Of a DNA stretch of 64,000 nt, positions 1 through 11,121 are shown piece by piece (position 1 is the stretch's first letter; each line of letters starts with the position of its first letter). The notes under the pieces were generated by a model that was not told where the DNA came from, made no database searches, and saw only the letters and a list, made by a program, of their open reading frames with translations. Source of the stretch: Bdellovibrionales bacterium CG12_big_fil_rev_8_21_14_0_65_38_15 (GTDB taxonomy: Bacteria > Bdellovibrionota > Bacteriovoracia > Bacteriovoracales > Bacteriovoracaceae); assembly GCA_002787775.1 (NCBI GenBank), contig PCUW01000011.1:35898-99897 (forward strand), written 5' to 3'. A program made the position numbers and the translations under genes.

Positions 1-1478
1 TCTCGTAAGATTTCCATTCGCTCTAATGTATCAATGTCTGAGTGAAGGTAGCGAATTCTCATCCCTACACTTTGATAATAGGAGGTCAGCTCTTCTGCTA
101 ATTTTTTTGTAAGTGTTGTCGCTAGTACTCTAAAGCCTTTCTTAATAGAAGCTTTTGCCTCGACCAGAAAGTCATCAACTTGACCTGAAGCATCTCTGAC
201 ATCAATGACTGGATCAAGAAGCCCTGTGGGGCGAATAATTTGTTCAACAAACTCTCCGCCAGTTTTTTCTAGTTCATAATTTCCGGGAGTAGCTGATACG
301 AACATGACCTTTGAATATTTCGACTCGAACTCTTGAAAATTTAAAGGTCTATTATCAAGTGCACTTGGAAGCCTAAAGCCATAATTGACCAAGTTCTCTT
401 TTCTAGCGCGATCCCCTTTATACATGCCACCAACTTGAGAACAAGTAATATGGGACTCATCAATAATAAAAAGAAAGTCGTCACCAAAGAAGTCTATTAA
501 TGTCGGAGGTGGCTCTCCAGGCTGTGCTCCAGTCATATGGCGAGAGTAGTTTTCAATGCCCGAACAAAATCCAATTTCTTCAAGCATTTCCAAGTCAAGC
601 ATAGTTCGTTGTTCAAGGCGCTGACGCTCGACTAACTTCTCTTGAGCCTGTAAATCTTGAAGTGTGTGTCTTAACTCAATTTTAATGGCCTCGATGGCAC
701 TCTTAAGCTTTTCTTCACCAACGACGTAGTGAGACTTAGGATAAATCGTCACACTCGTTAATGTATCAATGACTTTTCCTCGAAGCGGATCGACAATGGT
801 AATATTTTCTAATTCATCATCAAAGAATTCGAGACGAATAACATTGGCATCTTCGTGAGCTGGAAAAACCTCAACCAGGTCCCCTCTCACTCTAAAGCGG
901 CCACGAGTAAAATCAATATCATTTCTCTCATATTGAATCGCCACCAGCTTTCTTAAAAAATCATCGCGATCAAGCTTATCTCCAGTGAAGAGCTTAAAAC
1001 GTTGCTCTTTATATTCATCAGGAGAACCAATACCATAGATGCAAGAAACGGAAGCAATAACGATAACGTCTTCTCGTTCTAATAGTGATCTGGTGGCGGC
1101 ATGTCTTAGCTTATCGATCTCATCATTCACAGATGAGTCTTTTTCAATATAAGTATCAGAACCTGGTACATAGGCTTCGGGCTGATAATAGTCATAATAA
1201 GAGACAAAATATTCCACGGCGTTATGGGGAAAGAATTCTTTAAACTCCGCATAAAGCTGTGCCGCAAGGGTTTTATTATGGGCCAAAATTAAAGTTTTTT
1301 TGCCTAGTCTTTGAATCATATTGGCCATAGTAAATGTCTTACCAGAGCCTGTTACACCTAGAAGTGTTTGAAACTTCTTACCCTCTTTAAACCCTTGTTC
1401 AAGCAGAGATATTGCTTCTCCTTGATCTCCCGCCGGGGAGTATTTAGATTCAAGTTTAAAAGGCGTTTCCATCATCAT
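1..1478 (-). CDS. uvrB: Excinuclease ABC subunit B (UvrB), 3' end truncated by the window edge
   Basis: Absent from the ORF track because it runs off the window. Reverse-strand translation from ATG 1478 reads [29 protein letters not shown]...[15 protein letters not shown] (Walker A)...[10 protein letters not shown]...[17 protein letters not shown], which is typical UvrB order. The frame is consistent down to position 3. Confidence 0.9.
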   Translation of the reverse strand, partial: MMMETPFKLESKYSPAGDQGEAISLLEQGFKEGKKFQTLLGVTGSGKTFTMANMIQRLGKKTLILAHNKTLAAQLYAEFKEFFPHNAVEYFVSYYDYYQPEAYVPGSDTYIEKDSSVNDEIDKLRHAATRSLLEREDVIVIASVSCIYGIGSPDEYKEQRFKLFTGDKLDRDDFLRKLVAIQYERNDIDFTRGRFRVRGDLVEVFPAHEDANVIRLEFFDDELENITIVDPLRGKVIDTLTSVTIYPKSHYVVGEEKLKSAIEAIKIELRHTLQDLQAQEKLVERQRLEQRTMLDLEMLEEIGFCSGIENYSRHMTGAQPGEPPPTLIDFFGDDFLFIIDESHITCSQVGGMYKGDRARKENLVNYGFRLPSALDNRPLNFQEFESKYSKVMFVSATPGNYELEKTGGEFVEQIIRPTGLLDPVIDVRDASGQVDDFLVEAKASIKKGFRVLATTLTKKLAEELTSYYQSVGMRIRYLHSDIDTLERMEILR

Positions 1479-1518
1479 CCTAGTTTTCGTTTAACAATTC
1501 TAAAGGTAGCATGATGCT

Positions 1519-2754
1519 ATGAAAAAAACTGCCCGCGCCCCATTAGAAATGAAATCGTCCGTTCTACATTTTGACGGCAAATCACTGAGTGAAATTGTCA
1601 AAAATATAGAAACTCCCTTTTATTTATATAGTGAGAAGGTACTTACTGAGCAGTACTTATCTTTCATTGGCGCAGCCAAAGATAATAACATTCCAAATCC
1701 CCTAGTCTGCTTTGCACTTAAGGCCAACCCTAACCCATGGCTCGTTAGTACCCTCTCAAGCCTTGGATCAGGTGCGGATACGGTCTCAGGTGGTGAAATG
1801 AAGCGAGCCCTTGAAAGTGGAATTGATGCTTCAAAAATCGTTTTTTCAGGTGTGGCTAAAAACGAAAAGGAAATTAGGGCGGCTCTTCAAGCAGGTATTT
1901 TGTCGATTAATGTTGAAAGTGTAAGTGAAATGGAAATGATCGCTCAATGTGCCCAAGAGCTTGGAGTTAAGGCACAAGTAGCTTTAAGAATTAATCCAAA
2001 AGTAAACGTCATTACTCATAAGCATATTTCAACAGGAAACAAATCCCATAAATTTGGCATGCTTACATCAGACGCTAGAGATTTAATTAAAGATAAGAGT
2101 CTTTGGGAGCACGTTGATCTAGTTGGTCTTTCTATTCATATCGGCAGCCAGTTAACAGATTTAACTGCGACGTCACAGGCAATTAAAGAAATGGTGGGGT
2201 TGGCCAACGAAGTTTCTCACCCGCTTAAGTTTATTGATGTCGGTGGTGGTCTTGGTATCGACTATTCCATAGAAGACGAAGATAAAATTTCTAGCCCACA
2301 AAAATATATGGCGATCGTGAGTGATGCATTATCAGGGCTCAAACAAAAAGATCAAATCATGACTGTCTTTGAACCAGGACGATTCATTGCTGCTCGCTGT
2401 GGAGTTCTAGTTTCAAAAATCGTCAGAACAAAGTCTTCTGAAGATTATAACTTTGCTATCCTTGATGCCGGAATGAACGACTTTGCTCGTCCTGCCATTT
2501 ACGATGCTCACCATGAAATCTACCCGCTCGAAATTAAAAACGATAAGACAATGAAATGGGAAGTCGTGGGGCCTATTTGTGAAACAACGGACTGCTTCGC
2601 CAAGCAGCGCGAACTTCCAGAGCTTAAAGCGAAAGACTATCTCGTCATTGCTGATGCTGGAGCCTACGGTCGCTCCATGGCCAGTCACTATAATCTACGC
2701 GATATCGCCAAAGAATATTGCTTGGATAAAAATCAAAAGGTCACACTAGTTTAG
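1519..2754 (+). CDS. lysA: Diaminopimelate decarboxylase
   Basis: 411-aa ORF. It has a PLP-dependent Orn/DAP/Arg decarboxylase layout (PFYLYS...CFALKANPNP...VGGGLGIDY...EPGRFI...GPICETTD...AGAYG). Confidence 0.9.
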   Translation: MKKTARAPLEMKSSVLHFDGKSLSEIVKNIETPFYLYSEKVLTEQYLSFIGAAKDNNIPNPLVCFALKANPNPWLVSTLSSLGSGADTVSGGEMKRALESGIDASKIVFSGVAKNEKEIRAALQAGILSINVESVSEMEMIAQCAQELGVKAQVALRINPKVNVITHKHISTGNKSHKFGMLTSDARDLIKDKSLWEHVDLVGLSIHIGSQLTDLTATSQAIKEMVGLANEVSHPLKFIDVGGGLGIDYSIEDEDKISSPQKYMAIVSDALSGLKQKDQIMTVFEPGRFIAARCGVLVSKIVRTKSSEDYNFAILDAGMNDFARPAIYDAHHEIYPLEIKNDKTMKWEVVGPICETTDCFAKQRELPELKAKDYLVIADAGAYGRSMASHYNLRDIAKEYCLDKNQKVTLV

Positions 2755-2755
2755 C

Positions 2756-4201
2756 TTATTCGTATGACCAGCTAACTGTTCCATCTGGATTATCATTAAG
2801 CACAATGCCTGCCGCTTTAAACTGATCGCGAATTTTATCCGCTGTGGCCCAATCTTTATTGGCACGAGCCTCTCCACGATCTTTAATCAGCTGTTCAATT
2901 GCAGCATCATCGAGGCTTCCAGCCTTGCCAGAAAGCTTTCCTTTAGCGGCATTCACTTTCTCTAAAACAGCACTTGCATCTTGATGAATAAGACCAGTCG
3001 CTAGAGTAAAAAACTCGATAGTTTCTTTAATAATCTTTAAAACTTTAGCTGATGGCTGCTTACCTTGATACTCACGATTCACTGTTTTCATAAAGCTATA
3101 AAAAGCAAGCTGCGCCGTTGGAACGTTAAAATCATTCGCTAGCTCATCACGCATTTTTGGCAGACAAGCCTCAAGCTCACTTAAGCCCGATTCATGCTCG
3201 CCTACTTTCATGTTTGATACTTCTAAAGCAAAAACATGAAGGCGCTCAACTTCATCAAGCGCTCTTTTAATCACGTCATCACTCCAATCCATTTTAGATC
3301 TGTAGTGAACGGAAGCCAGCATATGGCGAAGGATTTCTCCTCCAAACTCTTGAACGAATTTTCTAATGGTCACTACGTTACCGAGTGACTTTGACATTTT
3401 TTCACTTCCAAAATTTAAAAATTCGTTATGCACCCAACAGCCAGAGAACTGACAACCGTTAGCAGCTTCACTTTGTGCGATTTCATTTTCATGGTGAGGA
3501 AACATCAGATCAATGCCACCATGGTGCATATCAAAGCTATCACCTAAGAACTTCTTCGACATAGCGGAACATTCGATATGCCAACCCGGACGGCCCTTGC
3601 CCCAAGGTGAATCCCATGAAGGCTCACCTGGCTTAGCTGGCTTCCATAGAACGAAGTCAGATGGGTGTTGTTTTTTACCATCAACTTCAACACGAATGCC
3701 ATGCTGAAGGCTTTCTAGGTTAATCTTTGAAAGCTTGCCGTATTCTTTAAATTTAGGAACGCTATACAAGATCTCGCCTTCAACTTCATAGGCATACCCT
3801 TTTTCAATAAGGGTTTTAACCATCTCAATAATTTCGGGCATGGTATCGCTGACTTTTGGCGTATGGGTTGCCGGTAACATGCCCAGGCTATCCATATCAG
3901 TAAGCACTTCATCGACATATTTTTGAGCATGTTCTAAAGCGCCGACTTTTAATTCATTAGCGCGTTCAATGATCTTGTCATCAACGTCGGTAAAATTTCG
4001 AACATAAGTGACTTTGTAGTCGAGGGCGAGAAAGATTCTGTGAATGAGATCTCCCACCACAAAGGCGCGTCCATTACCGACGTGAACAAAGTCATAAGTC
4101 GTGGGCCCACAAGAGTAGAAGCCGACCTTTCCTGGTTGGATAGGTTTAAAAGCTTCTTTTGATCTGGATAAATTATTAAAGACTTTGATTTCGTGAGCCA
4201 C
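2756..4201 (-). CDS. cysS: Cysteine--tRNA ligase
   Basis: 481-aa ORF with class I aaRS motifs (HVGNGR as the HIGH variant, KMSKS) and a CysRS-type GWHIECSAM zinc site. GTG start with a GGGAGG SD 6 nt upstream. Confidence 0.95.
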   Translation of the reverse strand: MAHEIKVFNNLSRSKEAFKPIQPGKVGFYSCGPTTYDFVHVGNGRAFVVGDLIHRIFLALDYKVTYVRNFTDVDDKIIERANELKVGALEHAQKYVDEVLTDMDSLGMLPATHTPKVSDTMPEIIEMVKTLIEKGYAYEVEGEILYSVPKFKEYGKLSKINLESLQHGIRVEVDGKKQHPSDFVLWKPAKPGEPSWDSPWGKGRPGWHIECSAMSKKFLGDSFDMHHGGIDLMFPHHENEIAQSEAANGCQFSGCWVHNEFLNFGSEKMSKSLGNVVTIRKFVQEFGGEILRHMLASVHYRSKMDWSDDVIKRALDEVERLHVFALEVSNMKVGEHESGLSELEACLPKMRDELANDFNVPTAQLAFYSFMKTVNREYQGKQPSAKVLKIIKETIEFFTLATGLIHQDASAVLEKVNAAKGKLSGKAGSLDDAAIEQLIKDRGEARANKDWATADKIRDQFKAAGIVLNDNPDGTVSWSYE

Positions 4202-4351
4202 TGGCGCCTCCCTAAGCTTTGTTATTGTAGCTTAAGAAGGAAGAATCTGCATTAAAAGTCGATTATTATCATTGCTGCTTGGCCGAAACTGACGTTTCGC
4301 CAATCATCAAGGAAGACTACGCATCAAAAGCTTTGCTTTTGCTGCATGTCT

Positions 4352-4828
4352 TTAATTAAAAAATGAATCTATATTCGATTTAACGTTAGTTTTTTCTTCA
4401 CCTTTAGAAAGTGAAATCTCTTGAGCGATAAGGTCTTTACACTGATCTAGCATTTTCTTTTCGCCAAAGCTTAAATTCTTACGATTTTTTAGTAAGAATA
4501 GAGCACGTAGAACATCAGCAATCTCTAAAAGAGAGCCTGTTTTTACTTTAAGCATGTATTCACGATGACGTCTGTTCCAAGTAGAATTATCAACATCGAC
4601 TTCATGATCATTCAATAGCTTATAGACCAAATCGATCTCATCACTTCCGACTAATCCTCTAATGCCATCAATCGTGTCGGTTGGAACCATCACTGTCATA
4701 CCATTAGATATAATTTTGACTGAATAATACGTCTTAATTTGACCACCAAGATCAGTCTCTTTCAGGTCAATAACCTGTCCGACACCATGACCGGGGCAAA
4801 CCGCGTAATCACCAATATTAAAAGTCAC
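4352..4828 (-). CDS. carD: CarD/CdnL-family RNA-polymerase-binding transcription regulator
   Basis: N-terminus FNIGDYAVCPGHGVGQVIDL matches the CarD_TRCF RID domain. I place the start at GTG 4828 (GGAGG SD 5 nt upstream) rather than at the longer track ORF start 4888. Confidence 0.75.
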   Translation of the reverse strand: MTFNIGDYAVCPGHGVGQVIDLKETDLGGQIKTYYSVKIISNGMTVMVPTDTIDGIRGLVGSDEIDLVYKLLNDHEVDVDNSTWNRRHREYMLKVKTGSLLEIADVLRALFLLKNRKNLSFGEKKMLDQCKDLIAQEISLSKGEEKTNVKSNIDSFFN

Positions 4829-4952
4829 ACAAACCTCCAAAGGAGTACAATACCGTCCCATAATAGCGCGAAGTGTCGTCCCTAACAACGCAGGTTGTAA
4901 TAATGACAGGGTTTATGGCCCTATAGAGGATAAAGGTTTAGAAAGCTGCGCC

Positions 4953-4978
4953 AAAAAAAACCCCCTATATAAGGGGGC
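4953..4978 (-). terminator. Rho-independent terminator downstream of ndk
   Basis: Minus strand reads GCCCCCT-TATAT-AGGGGG followed by T8. This is a 6-bp GC stem with a 5-nt loop, 29 nt after the ndk stop. Confidence 0.75.
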
Positions 4979-5006
4979 TTTCTACTAAATGCTTTTTATA
5001 TAGATA

Positions 5007-5429
5007 TTACCAGCGACCAATAACTTCATTCTTATCAAAGAAATAGTTAATCTCGCGCTCAGCAGAAGCTGCTGAGTCAGAACCATGAACAGCGTTAGCT
5101 TCGATTGATTTAGCGTAAAGCTTACGAAGTGTACCTTCTTCAGCGTCAGCTGGGTTCGTTGCACCCATAATCTTACGGTTTTTCTCTACAGCTTTTTCAC
5201 CTTCAAGAACCATAAGAAGAACTGGGCCTGAAGTCATGAAACCTACAAGAGAGCCAAAAAATGGACGCTCTTTGTGTTCAATATAGAAACCTTCAGCTTT
5301 CTCTTTTGAAAGGTGAACAAGTTTAGCAGCAGCAATACGAAGACCTTCTTTTTCAAAACGTCCTACGATATTACCAATGTTGTTATCTTCTACTGCGTTT
5401 GGCTTGATGATACTAAATGTCTTTTCCAT
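5007..5429 (-). CDS. ndk: Nucleoside diphosphate kinase
   Basis: 140 aa: [10 protein letters not shown]...NAVHGSDS (active-site His context). Confidence 0.95.
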   Translation of the reverse strand: MEKTFSIIKPNAVEDNNIGNIVGRFEKEGLRIAAAKLVHLSKEKAEGFYIEHKERPFFGSLVGFMTSGPVLLMVLEGEKAVEKNRKIMGATNPADAEEGTLRKLYAKSIEANAVHGSDSAASAEREINYFFDKNEVIGRW

Positions 5430-5445
5430 GAGATGCTCCTTTCAA

Positions 5446-6327
5446 TTAACCGTTTTTAGCTTTTAAGATTTTTTCCATTGTCTCACCAAGTTCAGCTGGT
5501 GATCTCGCAATGCTAATTCCACATTGCTCAAGAATTCTAAACTTCGCTTCAGCTGTATCATCTCCACCTGAAATAATTGCTCCAGCGTGACCCATACGTT
5601 TACCAGCCGGGGCAGAAGCACCAGCGATAAACGAGACTACAGGCTTGGTCATGTTCTTTTGGATCCAACGAGCAGCATCTGTTTCAGCAGATCCACCAAT
5701 TTCACCAATCATGATCACAGCTTCTGTGTCTTTATCTTTTTCAAATAGCTCAAGCATATCAATGAAGTTTGTTCCATTAACTGGATCTCCACCAATACCA
5801 ACACAAGTTGATTGACCAATTTCTCTTTGAGTTAATTGATAAACCGCTTCGTAAGTTAGTGTTCCTGAGCGAGAAATAACACCGACTTTACCTGGCATAT
5901 GAATGTGACCTGGCATAATGCCGATCTTACACTCACCAGGAGTGATAATGCCTGGACAGTTTGGCCCGATCAAGCGTGACTTAGAGCCTTTAAGAGCTCC
6001 TTTTACTTTGATCATATCTACGATTGGAATACCTTCAGTGATCGCAATGATCAAAGGGATATTCGCGTCGATACATTCAAGGATTGCGTCCGCTGCAAAT
6101 GGAGGTGGAACAAATATCATGGCAGCATTTGCGCCAGTTTTTTCCACTGCTTCTTTCATTGTATTAAAAACTGGAAAACCTTCATGAACTGTTCCACCCT
6201 TACCAGGAGTTACGCCACCAACAAAGTTAGTACCGTAGTCGCGTGATTGAAGAGAATGGAAAGTTCCCTGTTTACCAGTGAAACCGACTGTTACAAGTTT
6301 GGTGTCGCGTCCAACTAAAATGGCCAT
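5446..6327 (-). CDS. sucD: Succinate--CoA ligase subunit alpha
   Basis: 293 aa: [19 protein letters not shown] and MGHAGAI (phospho-His loop). Overlaps the sucC stop by 1 nt. Confidence 0.95.
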   Translation of the reverse strand: MAILVGRDTKLVTVGFTGKQGTFHSLQSRDYGTNFVGGVTPGKGGTVHEGFPVFNTMKEAVEKTGANAAMIFVPPPFAADAILECIDANIPLIIAITEGIPIVDMIKVKGALKGSKSRLIGPNCPGIITPGECKIGIMPGHIHMPGKVGVISRSGTLTYEAVYQLTQREIGQSTCVGIGGDPVNGTNFIDMLELFEKDKDTEAVIMIGEIGGSAETDAARWIQKNMTKPVVSFIAGASAPAGKRMGHAGAIISGGDDTAEAKFRILEQCGISIARSPAELGETMEKILKAKNG

Positions 6328-7502
6328 TATGCCCCCTTACCTTGTACAGCATCGACAACCTTTTTCGCCGCATCGGCAAGATCGTCAGCTGCAATGATCG
6401 CTAGACCTGATTCATTAAGAATTTTTTTACCAAGAGCTACGTTAGTACCTTCAAGGCGAACAACCAGAGGAACTTTAACCCCTAATTCTTTCGCAGCACC
6501 AACAACACCTTCAGCGATGATGTCACATTTCATGATCCCACCAAAGATGTTCACAAGAATAGCCTTTACTTTTTCATCAGACAGAATAATTGAGAATGCT
6601 TTTTGAACAGTCTCTTTAGTTGCTCCGCCGCCTACGTCTAGAAAGTTTGCAGGCTCTCCACCGTGAAGCTTAATGATGTCCATTGTACCCATGGCAAGAC
6701 CGGCACCATTAACAAGACAGCCAATATTGCCATCAAGAGAAATATAAGAAAGGCCATACTTAGCCGCTTCTAATTCTTTTTCACTTTCTTCAGTTGGATC
6801 ACGCATCTCTTCAATTTCTGGATGTCTAAACAATGCGTTGTCATCAAAGTTTAGTTTTCCATCAAGAGCGATGACGTCACCGTCTTTCGTTGTCACAAGT
6901 GGATTGATTTCTGCAATCGTACAATCTTTAGCAACATAAAGATTATAAAGACCTTCGAAGAAAGCCGAAGCTTTTTTGATGACTTCTTTATCTTTCATAC
7001 CGATTCCGTAAGCAAGCTTTCTTCCAACGAATGGAGTAAAGCCAACAGCAGGATCGATAGCAACTTTGATAATTTTCTCAGGTGTTTCTTCAGCAACTTT
7101 TTCAATTTCTACGCCACCTTCAGAAGATGCCATAAAAGTGATTTTGCCTGTAGAGCGATCAAGCACAAGTCCTGCATAGTACTCGTGATCGATGTCACAA
7201 CCTTCTTCGATAAAAAGTGTTAACACTTTTTTACCTTCAGGACCTGTTTGGTGAGTAACTAGAGTTTTACCTAGGATGTCAGTTGCATGAGTCTTAACTT
7301 CATCAAGACTTTTTGCAAGCTTCACTCCTCCAGCTTTACCTCTTCCACCTGCATGGATTTGTGCTTTCACAACCCATACTTTTGTTTTTAAAGTTCCAGC
7401 AACTTTAACTGCTTCATCTACAGTCTTAGCAACTTTACCGGCTAGAACCTTAATGCCAAATTGGCGCATAAGTTCTTTGGCTTGGTATTCGTGCACGTTC
7501 AT
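6327..7502 (-). CDS. sucC: Succinate--CoA ligase subunit beta
   Basis: 391 aa: [12 protein letters not shown]..., ATP-grasp N-half, and a GGIMKCD / NIFGGI C-half. Confidence 0.95.
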   Translation of the reverse strand: MNVHEYQAKELMRQFGIKVLAGKVAKTVDEAVKVAGTLKTKVWVVKAQIHAGGRGKAGGVKLAKSLDEVKTHATDILGKTLVTHQTGPEGKKVLTLFIEEGCDIDHEYYAGLVLDRSTGKITFMASSEGGVEIEKVAEETPEKIIKVAIDPAVGFTPFVGRKLAYGIGMKDKEVIKKASAFFEGLYNLYVAKDCTIAEINPLVTTKDGDVIALDGKLNFDDNALFRHPEIEEMRDPTEESEKELEAAKYGLSYISLDGNIGCLVNGAGLAMGTMDIIKLHGGEPANFLDVGGGATKETVQKAFSIILSDEKVKAILVNIFGGIMKCDIIAEGVVGAAKELGVKVPLVVRLEGTNVALGKKILNESGLAIIAADDLADAAKKVVDAVQGKGA

Positions 7503-7689
7503 GAATTTCTCCTCGGAAAATTTCCGTTTGGCAGTTGCACTCAGCGTGTCAGTTTAGATGGGGTTATATTAGGGGGTGGCATCGCATCCTGCTAGGAGCA
7601 ATGCGCCCAAAACCGTTGATTTTTATGAGATCTTTGCAGACAAAATGCTTTTTTGCGAGAATGATTGTGGATAACTTGGAGATAACATC

Positions 7690-8577
7690 ATGAGTGTAAA
7701 ATACCATACTTTAGAGCCCGCCTATTTTCGTCTCGATGGAGGCGCCATGTATGGAATTATTCCCAAACCTTTGTGGAATAAAGTTCATGAAGCTGACGAA
7801 TCTAATCGGGTTGATATGGCGCTGCGTGTTTTAGCTATCGAAACGAAGACGCGCTTCATTATTATTGATACTGGAATTGGCGACTATCACGGCGATAAGT
7901 TTGATAGTCGCTTCGATGTACGCGGAGAAAAGAATCCTTTAGCCAAAGCTATTGAAGCGATGGGAAGAAAAGTATCTGATGTTACTGATCTCATTATATC
8001 TCACCTTCATTTTGATCACGTCGGTGGAATTGGGATTAGAAACAATAAAGACGAGCTCGAAGCCGTCTTTAAAAATGCAAACCTGCACCTTCACCGCGAT
8101 CATTGGGCCTACGCTCACACTCCTACAGAACGTGATAGTGGCTCTTTCCATACTCAAGACTTTGATCCTATTGTCGATTTTTACCGCACCGAAAATAAGA
8201 TCGTTTGGCATGAGGGAGAAAGCGGAACAATTCTAACTTATGATGATGGACAAGAACTTAACTTTAAATGCTCCCATGGCCACACACCTTTTTTAATGCA
8301 TCCTTATGATAATAAATTTATTTATCTGGCTGATTTGATCCCTACATCTAATCACGTTCATATTCCATGGGTCATGGGTTACGATATTTCTCCAGGGGTG
8401 ACGACCAAAGATAAGCGAGAATTTTTAGATTTTATTATCGAGAAAGATCTCACCATTATCTATGAGCATGATCCAAAGTTTTGGGGATCTAAAGTTGTCA
8501 CTGATATCAAGACAGGCTTTGCTGTAAGTCATCCAAATGAAACAGCAAAGTCCACAACTCAAAGACTAGAGTTATAA
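7690..8577 (+). CDS. MBL-fold metallo-hydrolase (lactonase-like HLHFDH motif)
   Basis: 295 aa with an ISHLHFDHVGG zinc motif (HxHxDH) and downstream His/Asp ligand candidates. Confidence 0.75.
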   Translation: MSVKYHTLEPAYFRLDGGAMYGIIPKPLWNKVHEADESNRVDMALRVLAIETKTRFIIIDTGIGDYHGDKFDSRFDVRGEKNPLAKAIEAMGRKVSDVTDLIISHLHFDHVGGIGIRNNKDELEAVFKNANLHLHRDHWAYAHTPTERDSGSFHTQDFDPIVDFYRTENKIVWHEGESGTILTYDDGQELNFKCSHGHTPFLMHPYDNKFIYLADLIPTSNHVHIPWVMGYDISPGVTTKDKREFLDFIIEKDLTIIYEHDPKFWGSKVVTDIKTGFAVSHPNETAKSTTQRLEL

Positions 8578-10106
8578 TTTGTCTTGAGATCTTCAATATC
8601 TTTTTTAAGACTTGATAGACGTTGATCAATTTTTAGCTTTAAAGGCTCGTAAAGTTCAGTGAATCGGGCCTTCATTCTAGTCTTGTCTGATCTTCTATAT
8701 TGTCTGATCGCTTTTGATTCAGCAGATAATAGACTAGCGACTTCTCCAAGCTGTTTAGCACTTTCTTCGATCTCACGATAAAGTCTTGAGAGCATCGGAC
8801 TTTGCTCTTCAAGTTTTGTTGCTTGGTCCATAGAATCTAAAATCAATGATTGAAGCACAGGAGCAATATCTCTAGCGTAGCCTTCATCGTATTTTTTGAA
8901 GGCTCGCCAAGTTACTGCCACGTCAAGACGTTGATGCCATAACTCATCAAGCTTCTTTGCCATTTGAGAAAGTGTTTCGTATTTTTCAAGACGGTACTGC
9001 AAAGGCTTTGATAATGAATCCCAAATTTTTTCTCTAAACTCTTGAAGATCGGCATTGAATTTATTGGCCGAACCTTCATAGAAACTTAAGCGACCCTGAA
9101 AGACGTAACCACGCGAATTAAATTGCACCCAGCCCATCGATTTAAACCAAGGATAAGCTGAGAGCATTGAAGCAAGTCTTGCTGTCGTTCCTTTAGGTTT
9201 AACAGCCAGTTCATATGTGTATTCACCACGAATCCAATTCGTTGTTTGAACAAATTCAAAACGCTTAAAAGGAACAAGTCCTTGAACGAGTTCACCTTGT
9301 GACATAATTTCGACAGAATCAGTTGAGAGAACTCGACCAGGCACACTTGCAAGTTTTAAAAATGCCTCGCCTTCAAGGACTCCAGGAACAGCCGCCCATA
9401 TAACATTAGAATCTTTTGTCATGCGTACAATATGAGCTGACTTATGATCGATGATGACCTGATTAAACTGCTCTACGTCTGCCGCCTCAAGTCCGATCAA
9501 ATCATAAGTTTGTAGGCTAAATTGGGTAAACCATACAATGGTTGCTACGAGTACAAATCCCGCTGCAATACCTGCTGAGATTTTTAGCCAAGGCTTTGTA
9601 GGTTCTTCAATAATAGATGATTCAAAATTTATATTAGGCGAAGTTTTATCTTCATCCAAATTAATATCGTGCTGATGTTGAGGTGGAAGGTCCGGAACTT
9701 GAGAGGCATGATCCTCTTCTACGTGAGATGAGTTGATCTGTTCGTCGTGAATAGCAACATGATCAATCGCCATTGAGACTTCATCTGGTAGTGGCGGAAG
9801 TTCAATATCCACATCACTTGCGCTACGCAACAGATGGTCATGCTGATTGGCGACTTCTATAGACTCAGGTGAGCTGGCTGGAGGCTTTTCATCAATTTGA
9901 ACTTGTTCTTTGAAAATGAGGTCTTTAAAAATTGTCTGATCAGCAAAGGGAAGCCAAGTACCACCACCCTCTTTCCACACCAAATCTTTGTGACCAATTA
10001 CACCAAGCGCGAAAAGATTAACCATCTCATCGGTTTGGTAAGGTCCACGGTGTTGATCACCTTTAAAAATGAACCACTGTCCATCATGATCTGAATGCTG
10101 TTTCAT
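8559..10106 (-). CDS. GYF_2 (DUF4339)-like domain membrane protein, function unknown
   Basis: N-terminus WFIFKGDQHRGPYQTDEMVNLFALGVIGHKDLVWKEGGGTWLPF resembles the bacterial GYF_2 domain. It is followed by an acidic linker, one TM helix (ISAGIAAGFVLVATIVWF) and a ~320-aa C-terminal region with no motif I recognise. Start chosen at ATG 10106 (the track ORF extends to 10166). Confidence 0.55.
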   Translation of the reverse strand: MKQHSDHDGQWFIFKGDQHRGPYQTDEMVNLFALGVIGHKDLVWKEGGGTWLPFADQTIFKDLIFKEQVQIDEKPPASSPESIEVANQHDHLLRSASDVDIELPPLPDEVSMAIDHVAIHDEQINSSHVEEDHASQVPDLPPQHQHDINLDEDKTSPNINFESSIIEEPTKPWLKISAGIAAGFVLVATIVWFTQFSLQTYDLIGLEAADVEQFNQVIIDHKSAHIVRMTKDSNVIWAAVPGVLEGEAFLKLASVPGRVLSTDSVEIMSQGELVQGLVPFKRFEFVQTTNWIRGEYTYELAVKPKGTTARLASMLSAYPWFKSMGWVQFNSRGYVFQGRLSFYEGSANKFNADLQEFREKIWDSLSKPLQYRLEKYETLSQMAKKLDELWHQRLDVAVTWRAFKKYDEGYARDIAPVLQSLILDSMDQATKLEEQSPMLSRLYREIEESAKQLGEVASLLSAESKAIRQYRRSDKTRMKARFTELYEPLKLKIDQRLSSLKKDIEDLKTNYNSSL

Positions 10107-10130
10107 AAGAACTATGTTATCCTGCCATGC

Positions 10131-11048
10131 ATGAAACCCCAAGATAAAAGTCACAAAGAGATTCAAAAGATTTTAAGCCGTCGTGGTGAAGATCAAATCA
10201 AATCATCTATCACTCATGAGGAATGTGAAAAAATTATTCTTGCTGCAGCTAATGATATGGGAGTGATTCGCAATGGTGGTCGGCGTGGAGCGGCTTTTGG
10301 ACCAAGTTGTATCACGAATGCCTTTAAGAAATTTGCTTCTCACTCAAAAGATAATAAAAAAATACAAATATTCGAAGTTGCTGGAGATGAATCAGATTTT
10401 AATCAGATGCAATTACAGGAAATTGAAAATATCAAAAAATCCCTGGATATTTTAAAAAGAACTCATCTATGTCATTTAGGTGGAGGCCATGATCATATCT
10501 ACCCTTTGGCCATGGCGATTGCTGAATCTTTTAAGAGAAAAATTCATATTATCAATATAGATGCTCATCTCGATACTCGTGTTGATGACTTCTCCCACTC
10601 AGGTACTCCGTTTAGACAGCTTAAAATTAATTTGAAAGATCAGCTTCGAATTACTCAAATTGGTATTCAAGAAATTTCAAATGTTGAATCGAACTGGAAC
10701 TCAATCGATATGACTGTTCATCTCCTATCAACTCTTGAAAAGGATTTTGAACATTTCAATAATCTTGACTTGGATCTTATTGATAAGATCTTAGATATTA
10801 AGAATGAAGAGCTCACCATTTTTAGTCTAGATCTCGATGCCATCAAGGGCTACGAGTTTAGTGCCGTGAGTGCCGTCAATCCCCTTGGGTTGCCCCTTAG
10901 CTTTATCCACACACTCTTAAGTCGATACCTCAGTAAGGTTGAACTCAAAGTAGTTGGACTCTACGAATACAATCCAATGTTTGATGACCTTGCGGCCAAA
11001 GACGCAAAAGTTTGTGCAGAGCTTATTAAGCAATCACTGCAGCTTTAA
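10131..11048 (+). CDS. Arginase-family hydrolase (formimidoylglutamase/agmatinase-like)
   Basis: Mn-ligand motifs GGGHDH, INIDAHLDTR and SLDLDAIKG appear in the canonical order. Start placed at ATG 10131; the track start 10095 would overlap the divergent gene. Confidence 0.7.
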   Translation: MKPQDKSHKEIQKILSRRGEDQIKSSITHEECEKIILAAANDMGVIRNGGRRGAAFGPSCITNAFKKFASHSKDNKKIQIFEVAGDESDFNQMQLQEIENIKKSLDILKRTHLCHLGGGHDHIYPLAMAIAESFKRKIHIINIDAHLDTRVDDFSHSGTPFRQLKINLKDQLRITQIGIQEISNVESNWNSIDMTVHLLSTLEKDFEHFNNLDLDLIDKILDIKNEELTIFSLDLDAIKGYEFSAVSAVNPLGLPLSFIHTLLSRYLSKVELKVVGLYEYNPMFDDLAAKDAKVCAELIKQSLQL

Positions 11049-11092
11049 TTTATACGAAAAATCTAAATGAAAAGTTTTTGGAGCCTAAAAAC

Positions 11093-11121
11093 AAAAAACC
11101 CTAGCTTTCACTAGGGTTTTT
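11093..11121. terminator. Bidirectional rho-independent terminator
   Basis: A6-CCCTAG-CTTTCA-CTAGGG-T5. The stem is flanked by an A-run and a T-run, so it can terminate both the + strand arginase-family gene and minus-strand transcripts. Confidence 0.7.

Noticed and set aside
1479-4351. Lysine riboswitch upstream of lysA, and a T-box upstream of cysS.
   Set aside because: The lysA leader is only about 40 nt and the cysS leader about 150 nt, with just one imperfect hairpin. Both are too short for these elements, and no conserved cores are visible.
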